DNA from: an uncultured Caldilineaceae bacterium
Lineage (GTDB): Bacteria > Chloroflexota > Anaerolineae > 4572-78 > J111
DNA: 64,000 nt
Reading direction: 5' to 3'
Assembly (NCBI GenBank): GCA_964612485.1
Contig: CAZTFF010000018.1
Span: 12,598-76,597, forward strand
The notes beneath the pieces are model-generated. The model saw only the letters and a list, made by a program, of their open reading frames with translations, was not told the origin of the DNA and ran no database searches. The position numbers and the translations under genes were made by a program. Below are positions 52,953 to 61,799 of the stretch, in pieces. Positions within the stretch are counted from its first letter, which is position 1; each line of letters begins with the position of its first letter.

Positions 52953-54048
52953 GCCTAAATCACAGAAAGCGAGCAATATTTTGAGATTACCCGGTTTGAT
53001 CGATGTGCATACCCATTTACGGGTTCCCGGCGGCGAACACAAAGAGGATTTTGCCACCGGCACCGCCGCCGCGCTGGCCGGCGGCTTGACCATGATCCTG
53101 GCCATGCCCAACACCTCGCCGCCGCTCACTACAGTTGACGTGTTGCGGGAAACCCGTCGGAAAGCCCAACAATCCATCTATTGTGATGTTGGGCTTTTTG
53201 CCGGCGCTGGCCCGGCGCAGCGAGATCATTTGCCGGATTTAGCCCCCCACGCTGCCGGCTTGAAAATCTACCTGAACGACACCTTTGGCCCGCTGCGGGT
53301 GGAAGATTTGCTAACCCTAATTGCATGCTTCAAAAATTGGCCGCGCAACAAAATGATCGCCATGCACGCTGAAGGGCAGAGCGTGGCCGTGGGCATCGGC
53401 CTGGCCGCGGCTTACGATCACCCCGTTCACCTTTGCCACATCAGCCGCCAAACCGAAATTACATTGATTGCCGCCGCCAAACAGCGGGGCCTGCCGGTAA
53501 CGTGTGAGGTTACGCCGCATCACCTGTTCATGACCCAGGCTGATACCGAACGGTTGGGATCACGCGCCGATATGCGCCCTACGCTGGCCGCTCAGGCCGA
53601 TGTGGACACGCTGTGGGCGCACCTCGACACTACCATCGATTGCATTGCCACCGATCACGCCCCCCACACGCTGGAAGAAAAAAAATCGGACAACCCGCCG
53701 CCGGGCATTGTGGGGCTGGAAACCTCGCTGCCGTTGATGTTGACGGCTGTCAAAAATGGCCGTCTTTCGCTCGACCGGCTTGTAGAGTTGATGTCCACCA
53801 ATCCGCGCCGAATTTTTAACCTGCCGCCACAGCCCGACACCTACATTGACGTTGATTTTGATACTCCATACACCATTTCCAATGCCGAACTCCAGACCAA
53901 ATGCGGCTGGTCTCCCTTTGACGGCTGGAACGTGACCGGGCGGGTGCAGCAAGTCGTCCTGCGCGGCCAGCCTGTCTACGATTTTTCCCAACCCGATCTG
54001 AAACGCAGAATTTTGGCCCAACCCGGCAGCGGGAAACTTATTCCGTAA
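52951..54048 (+). CDS. pyrC: Dihydroorotase (short, CAD-DHOase-like type)
   Basis: [43 protein letters not shown] (HxH metal site), GLKIYLN (carboxylated Lys region), HAEG, CHIS, and ATDHAPH. The start is uncertain: TTG 52951 lies inside the terminator T tract, and the alternative is TTG 52981. Confidence 0.88.
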   Translation: [365 protein letters not shown]

Positions 54049-54072
54049 AAAAATACACAACGGAGGCATCTC

Positions 54073-55488
54073 TTGAAAAACAAAAGCTTTGTAGAAAAAC
54101 TCACCGGCGCGATTACCCGCAATAATTCGCTGCTGTGCGTCGGTTTGGACCCCAACCCGCAAAAATACCCCGATCATTTTGGCTCCACTATCGATGAAGA
54201 AACATTGTTCCAATGGGGCCGCCGCATCGTCGAACAAACCGCCGATCTGGTATGCTGTTACAAACCCAACAGCGCTTTTTACGAGCAGTACGGGGCCGCT
54301 GGCTGGCAGGCCCTGTGCCGGACCATCGCCGAAGTCCCCAACGATATTCCCGTTCTGCTCGATGCCAAGCGCGGCGACATCGGCAGCACCGCCGAAGCCT
54401 ACGCCCGCGCTGCTTTTGAAACCCTCGACGCGGATGCCATCACCGCCAACGCCTACCTGGGCGGGGACAGCATTGCGCCGTTCCTGGCTTATCCAGGCAA
54501 GATGGTGTTTGTTTTGTGTTACACCTCTAACCCGTCGGCCCAAGAAATGCAGGAATTTGGCCCGGCGGACGAGCCTTTGTTTGAATTTGTGGCGTATCAG
54601 GCCCAAAGCTGGGGCAGCGAGGCACAGATTGGCTTTGTGGTTGGCGCTACGCAGCCGCAAGCCCTGGCCCGGTTTCGGGAACTCAACCAAAACTGGGTAT
54701 TGGCTCCCGGCGTCGGCGCTCAGGGCGGCGATCCGGCAGCGGCACTCTCTGCCGGTCTGAATAGTGATGGTCTGGGCATGATCGTGCCTGTATCGCGGGG
54801 CGTGATTTATGCTGATGACCCTCGCGCGGCAGCGGCAGCCCTGCGAGACGAGATCAATCTGGCCCGGCAGCAAGTTGGGTCAAAACAGGCTGTTTCGGCT
54901 CATACAGACCTGATCCTCAAATTGCACGAGGCGGGCTGCGTTCAGTTTGGCGATTTTACCCTGGCTTCGGGCCGGCAGTCGCCGTTTTATATTGACCTAC
55001 GCCGCGTGCCCGGCGATGCCGCGTTGTTAAAACAGGTGGCCCGCGCTTACGCCGCCATGCTTCGCCCCCTTTCTTTCGATCATATTGCCGGCGTGCCCTA
55101 CGCCGCGCTGCCCATTGGCACCGCCGTGGCCCTGTTGCTGAACAAACCGTTGATCTATCCGCGCAAAGAGACCAAAGCGCACGGCACCGGTAAAAGCATC
55201 GAAGGGGTTTTTGCGGCGGGCGACCGGGCGGTGATGATCGAAGATTTGGTGACCAGCGGCGGCAGCGTGATCCAAGCGGCTGAGTTGTTGCAGGCCGCCG
55301 GGCTGGAGGTGTCGGATGTGGCCGTGTTGATAGACCGCGAACAGGGCGGCGCTAATAACCTGGCCGAAAAAGGCTACCGTCTCCACGCCGCGCTGCAACT
55401 ATCAGAAATTCTTACCGTTTTACATCAAACAAATCGAATTTCCACCCAACAATACCAACGGGTACAAGCGTATTTGGCCGAAAATTAA
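54073..55488 (+). CDS. pyrFE: Bifunctional OMP decarboxylase (type 2) / orotate phosphoribosyltransferase fusion
   Basis: N-terminal half: LCVGLDPNP and LLDAKRGDIGSTAEAYA (type-2 PyrF). C-terminal half: GDFTLASGRQSPFYIDLRR and VMIEDLVTSGGS (the PyrE PRPP loop). TTG start at 54073 after GGAGG. Confidence 0.88.
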   Translation: MKNKSFVEKLTGAITRNNSLLCVGLDPNPQKYPDHFGSTIDEETLFQWGRRIVEQTADLVCCYKPNSAFYEQYGAAGWQALCRTIAEVPNDIPVLLDAKRGDIGSTAEAYARAAFETLDADAITANAYLGGDSIAPFLAYPGKMVFVLCYTSNPSAQEMQEFGPADEPLFEFVAYQAQSWGSEAQIGFVVGATQPQALARFRELNQNWVLAPGVGAQGGDPAAALSAGLNSDGLGMIVPVSRGVIYADDPRAAAAALRDEINLARQQVGSKQAVSAHTDLILKLHEAGCVQFGDFTLASGRQSPFYIDLRRVPGDAALLKQVARAYAAMLRPLSFDHIAGVPYAALPIGTAVALLLNKPLIYPRKETKAHGTGKSIEGVFAAGDRAVMIEDLVTSGGSVIQAAELLQAAGLEVSDVAVLIDREQGGANNLAEKGYRLHAALQLSEILTVLHQTNRISTQQYQRVQAYLAEN

Positions 55489-55537
55489 CCGTTCACAATT
55501 ACAAACTCACAATTGACAAATATACAGGAGTGACGTT

Positions 55538-56527
55538 ATGACAACCCTAAAACCCCTTTTTGATTTAGATGAACTGACCTCGGCCCCGGCCATCGGCAAC
55601 GGGATGACGGGCCAGGACATTTTGTCGGTTGCCCAATTTGACCCGGAAAAACTCTCTTACATTTTTACCCGCGCCCGCGAAATGCGAGACATGGTGCAGA
55701 AAGTGGGCGGTACCACCATGCTGGCCGGCTCGGTGCTAACATGTCTGTTTTACGAACCCAGCACCCGCACCAGCGCCTCGTTCATTGCCGCCATGGAACG
55801 GCTGGGCGGCAGCGTCATCCCCATCACCCAGGGCGTGCAATTCAGCTCGGTGAGTAAGGGCGAAACGCTGGCCGATACCATCCGCACCCTGGAACAGTAT
55901 TCCGACGTGATCGTGCTGCGCCACCCGGAAATCGGCGCGGCCAAAACCGCGGCAGATTATGCTGATGTGCCCATCATCAATGCCGGCGATGGCACCGGTG
56001 AGCATCCAACCCAGGCGCTGCTCGATCTCTTTACCATCCGGGAGGAGTTGGGCACGGTTGATGGATTGAAAATAGTCATGGTGGGCGATTTGCGGTACGG
56101 GCGCACGGTTCACTCCTTAACCAAGCTGCTGGCCCAGTATGATGTCAGCCTGCGCTTTGTCTCGCCGGAAATTTTGCGGATGCCGCTGGTGATCATGAAT
56201 GAGGTCATCGACGCCGGCATGGATGTCCGCGAGACTCACGATGTGGCCGACGTGATTGAAAATGCCGATGTGCTGTACGTGACCCGCGTGCAAAAAGAAC
56301 GTTTTACCGATCTGGCCCAGTACGAAGAGGTGAAAAATCAATACGAGATCACCTCGGAGTTGATGCAAAAGGCCAAAGACAAAATGGTGGTGATGCACCC
56401 CCTGCCTCGCGTGGGCGAAATTCATTACAATGTTGATGACGACCCGCGCGCGGCTTATTTCCGGCAGGTGAAAAACGGGATGTACATTCGTATGGCGCTG
56501 CTGGCCGCGGTTTTGGGCAAGGCATAA
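55538..56527 (+). CDS. pyrB: Aspartate carbamoyltransferase catalytic subunit
   Basis: [24 protein letters not shown], and [11 protein letters not shown]. Confidence 0.93.
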   Translation: MTTLKPLFDLDELTSAPAIGNGMTGQDILSVAQFDPEKLSYIFTRAREMRDMVQKVGGTTMLAGSVLTCLFYEPSTRTSASFIAAMERLGGSVIPITQGVQFSSVSKGETLADTIRTLEQYSDVIVLRHPEIGAAKTAADYADVPIINAGDGTGEHPTQALLDLFTIREELGTVDGLKIVMVGDLRYGRTVHSLTKLLAQYDVSLRFVSPEILRMPLVIMNEVIDAGMDVRETHDVADVIENADVLYVTRVQKERFTDLAQYEEVKNQYEITSELMQKAKDKMVVMHPLPRVGEIHYNVDDDPRAAYFRQVKNGMYIRMALLAAVLGKA

Positions 56528-56530
56528 TAT

Positions 56531-56735
56531 CGAATCCGCGAAGTCACTCGAAGAGTCGCTAAGAATTTTTTCGGTTCATGTATAGAATCTGTGCATGTCA
56601 TTGCGAGCGAAGCGAAGCAATCCCCATTCGGTGAGGGTGGAGACCGCTCCGCCTTCGGCTCGCGGTGACATGTCCGCACTTGTTTTTTCCATGAGTTAAA
56701 TCCCCTTGGCGTGACTTCGCAGCCCTTCGCGGATT
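56531..56735. repeat. Nested palindromic repeat block at a convergent junction
   Basis: Outer inverted repeat: aatccgcgaag (56533-56543) pairs with cttcgcggatt (56725-56735), plus gcgaagtcac with gtgacttcgc. Inner inverted repeat: catgtcattgcgagcgaag (56594-56612) pairs with cttcggctcgcggtgacatg (56653-56672). Confidence 0.75.
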
Positions 56736-56756
56736 TTGTTTCCTGTACTTTTTGTT

Positions 56757-59714
56757 TTAAACGGTTCGCCCGAACCGCCACCCCTGCTTGCGATAAAGAT
56801 ACCAGCCCAACATCAGCGCGGCCAGCCCCATCAACAGCCATTCTTCCGGTTCCGGCACGCCGGTGACCATCGGATTGTTTTCGGGAATCGTTTCGCCGAT
56901 CTCTTCGTATTCGCGCTGGAAGCGATCTTCTCCGGCCTCTAAATTATCGAGCGTTTTTTCTTGCCGCTCGGTAACCAGCACAATCATCGATGAATAGGGG
57001 GTTACAATGCTGTGTTCTTTGGCCATGGCGTGGATGTGGTCCAATACGTCTAATTGCTTCAACGCTTGTTGTTGATCGTGCATCGTAGCCAGGATAAGAC
57101 GCCGGGCGGCCAGGGCTGCAAAATTATCATTGGGCGTGTGGAAGTTGGTTATGTTGGCAAATTCAACCGGAGCCTCCGGCGGGAAGGTAAGCCACAGGTA
57201 ACCATCGATCAGATCGGCCCGGGTTCCGGCCGGCGCGTCGGGCCAGCCGCCCATCATCGCCAGGTTCAGGCGGGTGAGCGCCTCATCCACGCTGCCGGCC
57301 ACGCCGCCGCCGCTGGCCTGAATGGCTTCCAGCGTGGCATCATCGTAACCCAGGGGAAAGTTGCCGTTCAAATGAACCATCCACACCGGGGCGTTGGGCG
57401 TGGGCACATCCAGGGCTTCATCGCCCAACTCGTAGCCGGTGTCGTCGGTGATGACCAGCACGGCATCGTATGTTTCATCTTGATGCAGTTTATCGTACTG
57501 AATCAGGAGTTCCGCCGCGTTTTGCCCGCCGTAGTACAAAATATCGGAATTCAATTGGCTCAACGAAACCCGCGACGGAGCCTCGCCCCGGTATTCCGAG
57601 GCGGTCAGGTAAATGTCGATGGTTGCGCCGTTATCGATCAAATTTTGAAGTTGGGGCCAGATGGCGTCCATTTCATCGGCATAGACGGCCATACTGCGGG
57701 AGCGGTCCAGCACAATGGCCAGTTGCACGTCATCAGCAAGGGCCGGTGTTTCCGCCGCGACCGGGGCGGGCTGCAGCACCACTGTTTCGCCGCCGGGAAA
57801 CTCAACTTGATGCGCCACCGGCGTTACTTCCACGTCTGCCGCTACCGTTTCCGGCAGCCAGGCATCTTCTGCGGCCTGCATCGGTTCGCCGTTGATCTGC
57901 CGCACCGACTCGTCGTTCCAATAGACGTTGCGTTTTTCGGCCAGGTGGGGCATCGGCCAAGCGTTGCCTTGGGCCAGCACGCGCCACGTCACCCACATAT
58001 GCAGCGGCGGGGCTTCGTCGAACCTGGTGCGGTTGGTGTCGGCGTCCCAACGGATGTTCACGGGTTCCACCGGGAAAATCCGCAGCCGGTACTGGCGCGG
58101 GCCAATTTGCTCCAGCAAGGCAGGGTCGCGATTGTACCGGACTTCGCGGCGATAAATCTCCTGGGCCGCTCCTCGCGGCGAAACACGGTAGACAAAACGC
58201 GCGTCCCGGTCGCTGCTGTTGCCCAGCCACACGCCCGTCATCACCGCGGACTCCGGCAGGCTGAAATAGTAAATCACTTCCTGCCGTTGGCCGGTCTGGT
58301 TTTGGTACACTTCGTATAGTTCCACATCGGCCCAATCGCCATACTCCGTAATGTTGATTTCTTGATGCGTCAGCAGCACTTCGCGGTCGTCCACGGCCTG
58401 CCAGGCGGCTTCGGCCTGGTCGATGGACCAGGTAGAGCGGGCGGCCCGCACCACGGCCTCGCGTTCGCCGTCGTTGATCGGTTGGTCGAAAAAGGCTTCG
58501 TAGAGTTCGGCAGCCTCGTGGGGTTCGCGGCTCAGGGCGCGATTCTCCCAGCGGAATCGCCCGCCGTTAAACTGGTCCAGTTCGGCGGCCAGCTCGTCGG
58601 TGGATTGGACCGGCTGGTAGAGGATGGGCCGAGCCACGGTTTCGTACATTCCCTGGATTTGTCTAGCTTGATCGGGCGTCATATCAAAAGCGCCTTTGTA
58701 CATCTGGCTGACGTGGTCTACCTCGCCGGCGGCGCTAAAGTAGCGCTGGGGGGCCAGATAAGCATTGAGCAGCCCGGCCCGGATCGTCTCCTGCCGGTCA
58801 AGCAGGGCCTGGGCCTCGGCAGGGGTGGTGGGGATGTTTTCCAGCAGGGCAAAGGCTTGCTGCTGCGGCTGCCGATTGGCCGGAATGAACAGGGCCACAC
58901 AGACCACTACGGCGCCGGCGCTCAGGGCCGCGGCCCGAGGCCACGGATAACGCGTTATAAAAGCGCGGACCCCCTGCCACCAGGCCCGGCTGTATAAAAT
59001 GGGCACGGCGATGGGCATGGCGATAAACAACGTGGCGGTGTAAGCAAATAGCAGAAATCCCAACACAAAAAACGGGATCGACCACCAGGGGAAATCGCTC
59101 TGGCCACTGAACGCCCGGCCTGCTTCTCTGAGAAAATCGGGAATCCCCCGGATCATCTCCACAAAAAACTCCCAGGCAAAAACGCTGAGTGGCAGCGCGT
59201 AGAAAGCCAGCCACACAGCGGCATACAGCCCGGTCAGCAGCAACAGGGTCAGCCCGACCACCCGCAGGTGGGTGAGGGTGGGGGCGCGTTCATCGATGCG
59301 GCGGTCAATGATTTGCCATAACAGGGTGAGAATGCCCAGGCCGGCCACGGTTAGCAGAATGGTGACCGCCGGGGTCATTTCTCGCACCACAAAAAAACGA
59401 ATGGCGATCATCAGCATCAGCGGCCCTTCCACGCCGTAGCCCAGCAGCAGAAGTTTGCCGGGCGAGGCGCGTAAAAGCGTAAAGCCGATGACCACCGCGG
59501 CAATGGGAATTGAGGTGAGGATGATGGCGTACAGCAGAAAGGTCCAGGGGATGGTTTCGGTTTGCACGGCTACGATCATTTCCGGCAGCAGTTGGGGAGC
59601 AAACCCCAATACCATAAATGCCAAAAAAATAGTGTTCCACGACCAGAACAGGCCGTAGGCCCAGCCTTCCCAGGTGATGACGGCGCGAATAAATTTGAAA
59701 GTCTTTCTCATCAT
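56757..59714 (-). CDS. Polytopic membrane protein with VIT-like + vWA domains and a C-terminal PEP-CTERM sorting signal
   Basis: About 10 N-terminal TM helices. The VIT-like stretch reads YYFSLPESAVMTGVWLG....YRVSPRGAAQEIYRRE...LLEQIGPRQYRLRIFPVEP. The vWA MIDAS motif is AIVLDRSRSM ... VLVITDD. The C-terminus VTGVPEPEEWLLMGLAALMLGWYLYRKQGWRFGR gives PEP + TM + basic. Confidence 0.85.
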   Translation of the reverse strand: MMRKTFKFIRAVITWEGWAYGLFWSWNTIFLAFMVLGFAPQLLPEMIVAVQTETIPWTFLLYAIILTSIPIAAVVIGFTLLRASPGKLLLLGYGVEGPLMLMIAIRFFVVREMTPAVTILLTVAGLGILTLLWQIIDRRIDERAPTLTHLRVVGLTLLLLTGLYAAVWLAFYALPLSVFAWEFFVEMIRGIPDFLREAGRAFSGQSDFPWWSIPFFVLGFLLFAYTATLFIAMPIAVPILYSRAWWQGVRAFITRYPWPRAAALSAGAVVVCVALFIPANRQPQQQAFALLENIPTTPAEAQALLDRQETIRAGLLNAYLAPQRYFSAAGEVDHVSQMYKGAFDMTPDQARQIQGMYETVARPILYQPVQSTDELAAELDQFNGGRFRWENRALSREPHEAAELYEAFFDQPINDGEREAVVRAARSTWSIDQAEAAWQAVDDREVLLTHQEINITEYGDWADVELYEVYQNQTGQRQEVIYYFSLPESAVMTGVWLGNSSDRDARFVYRVSPRGAAQEIYRREVRYNRDPALLEQIGPRQYRLRIFPVEPVNIRWDADTNRTRFDEAPPLHMWVTWRVLAQGNAWPMPHLAEKRNVYWNDESVRQINGEPMQAAEDAWLPETVAADVEVTPVAHQVEFPGGETVVLQPAPVAAETPALADDVQLAIVLDRSRSMAVYADEMDAIWPQLQNLIDNGATIDIYLTASEYRGEAPSRVSLSQLNSDILYYGGQNAAELLIQYDKLHQDETYDAVLVITDDTGYELGDEALDVPTPNAPVWMVHLNGNFPLGYDDATLEAIQASGGGVAGSVDEALTRLNLAMMGGWPDAPAGTRADLIDGYLWLTFPPEAPVEFANITNFHTPNDNFAALAARRLILATMHDQQQALKQLDVLDHIHAMAKEHSIVTPYSSMIVLVTERQEKTLDNLEAGEDRFQREYEEIGETIPENNPMVTGVPEPEEWLLMGLAALMLGWYLYRKQGWRFGRTV

Positions 59715-59761
59715 AGCCCTCCATTAATTGTGAATTTTTAATTTTTAATTGATTCGCTGAA

Positions 59762-61297
59762 TCACTGACTCGCTGATTCGTTCAAATGCTGGATTACAGC
59801 CTTTTGTAATTGGGTGTAAAAAATTTCTATCCGTTTCGTGTTGGGATTGTGTACCTCATCAAACAAAATTGAAACCAGCATCCAGCGGTCGCGTTGCGGG
59901 GACAGGTCGGCCCAGATGCGGGTGGCGTAGTCGTCGGTGGTGCGGGTGGGGGATTGGAACCAGTAGGCGGCGGAGAGCAGGCTGCGGCCCTCGCCATCGC
60001 CCAGCGAGACGAGCCGTAAAGGAAAGCCGGGGTTGACCAGGTGGGGATGGGAGTTGTCGATGGTGAGGCCGTAGACTTCAAAACAGCGTTCGGGCCGGTG
60101 GTGGGCGCGCCAGGTGCGGCTGGTGACCAAGATCATCGAGCCGGTGAGTCGTTGCTCGCCATGCTGCCATTCGAAGCGGAAGCGGTCGGCGGATTCGGCG
60201 CCGTCGCGGGTGAACCATTCCTGCTCATCCGGTTTGAGGGGCAGCGGCGTGGTGGTAAATTCGGAGGGGAAGTTCCACGGTTGGGCGGTGTGCGTCAGGC
60301 CGGTTTGCGGGCGCTGCGCGTACAGCAAGCCCATCGCTAAAAAGGTGATAACCAGGACGGGTGCCAGCCACCGGGGACGGAGTGGAATTACAGTCGGCGT
60401 TGGCGGTGTTGATGGAAGGGACGGTTGGCGGCGCAGCAGGATCATCACCGCCGCGCAGGCGGCCACAAATCCTAATACGCCCAGCGGAATGTGCAGCATC
60501 TCGGCGGCCAGCATCCAGCCCTGCACCTGCCCCACAAGGACCAAAATACCGACCCGGATTAGATTGACTCCAAACAGCAGACCGGAAAACACAGCCGCGA
60601 TCACCAGCCAACGCCCATCGAGACGGCGCTGTTCGATCCAGGTGGCCGCTATCAGAAACAGCATCCCGGTCCACAGGCTTTTGACGCCGCTGCACGGCAG
60701 ATCGATCTGAGAAACGCCGTTTTCCAAAATCAAAATGGTGTCCACGCCCACCGAGCCGATCCCGGCGGCGGCCAGGCCATCGCGCACAATGCCGGCGGTG
60801 AAGATACGCATGGGGTAGCCGATGAAGGTTTGCATGTGGTCGCCAAAAGGGAGGGTGCCCATCAGCAGCAGGGCAGCGGGCAACCCCTGCCGCCACTGGT
60901 GAGGTTGCATCCACAGGCCCAGCAGGCCGTAGCCGGCCAGGGCAAAAAGGCTGGCGGAGATCGTATTGATGTCGAAAAATCGTTCCTCCAGCAGGTAGAG
61001 GGCCGAGCCGCCCAGGGCCAACGCCAACCCAGGCCAAAAGAGACGAGGCGCTGCCGCCAAACGGGGGCGAAAGGTGCCGCTGCGAATTTGGAAGGCAATC
61101 AGGAGGCCCACGCCCAGCAGCACCCACTGGTTGGTGCGGAAATCTTCGCGGCCAAAGATGACGGAAAAATAACCAAACATCCCCCGGTAGAGCCAGAGCC
61201 AGGCCAGTAGAACAACCAAATTGAGGGCCGGTTGTCTGATGTTTGTCAGAGTGATCGCGCGTTTATTTGATTGAGTTGGGGACTCCATTGTTGTCAT
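59762..61297 (-). CDS. Exosortase fused to a C-terminal EpsI-family domain
   Basis: Eight-TM core with QIDLPCSGVKSLW (catalytic Cys), VNLIRVG (Arg) and MLHIPLG (His). After a further TM helix comes a ~190-aa domain (WNFP...FEWQHGEQRLTGSMILVTS...HRPERCF...YWFQS) resembling EpsI. It lies 47 nt upstream of its putative substrate gene. Confidence 0.85.
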   Translation of the reverse strand: MTTMESPTQSNKRAITLTNIRQPALNLVVLLAWLWLYRGMFGYFSVIFGREDFRTNQWVLLGVGLLIAFQIRSGTFRPRLAAAPRLFWPGLALALGGSALYLLEERFFDINTISASLFALAGYGLLGLWMQPHQWRQGLPAALLLMGTLPFGDHMQTFIGYPMRIFTAGIVRDGLAAAGIGSVGVDTILILENGVSQIDLPCSGVKSLWTGMLFLIAATWIEQRRLDGRWLVIAAVFSGLLFGVNLIRVGILVLVGQVQGWMLAAEMLHIPLGVLGFVAACAAVMILLRRQPSLPSTPPTPTVIPLRPRWLAPVLVITFLAMGLLYAQRPQTGLTHTAQPWNFPSEFTTTPLPLKPDEQEWFTRDGAESADRFRFEWQHGEQRLTGSMILVTSRTWRAHHRPERCFEVYGLTIDNSHPHLVNPGFPLRLVSLGDGEGRSLLSAAYWFQSPTRTTDDYATRIWADLSPQRDRWMLVSILFDEVHNPNTKRIEIFYTQLQKAVIQHLNESASQ

Positions 61298-61663
61298 TCG
61301 GTTTCCCCGCCGAACTTCTCTTCTCCACGAGTATTGTGTTTAAACAATATTGGAAATAGAAAAAAACTCAAATTCCACTGAGAAAAATCGGCCGGATTTA
61401 TGGAATCAAAAATAGCCTTTAAATTATACGTTGCTTTTGGGAAAAACCTTTGATTATCTTTTGTGAGGTCAAAAACCGTGTCCCGGCGTGGCTTCGATAC
61501 CGTCTCACTCTTTGTGTAGGTATCCACTTCATTTCGCAGCTACTCAAGGCGGAATTTGAGGAAAATCATCTTGAATAGGCCGTAAGTCTGTATCGGAAGC
61601 TACTTTTGAACAGAAGGTAGCTCTGCATTAAACCGTGATTGTACGTAATGAGGCCCAATCTGC

Positions 61664-61743
61664 CACGAATTAGCACGAATTTCACTAATTTTACTAATTT
61701 TTTCTCTTAATTCGTGTAATTCGTGACGAGAAACTTCCGTCAC
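61664..61743. repeat. Hairpin built from tandem 9-nt words (CACGAATTA-type) downstream of the enolase-superfamily gene
   Basis: cacgaattagcacgaatt (61664-61681) pairs with aattcgtgtaattcgtg (61709-61725). tcactaattttactaatt lies in the loop region. A second small stem pairs gtgac with gtcac (61723-61743). Confidence 0.7.
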
Positions 61744-61799
61744 GGTTAACTGCGGTCTTACCGAACAGAATATTGTCCTGTTTTTACTCTTGTTATTTT

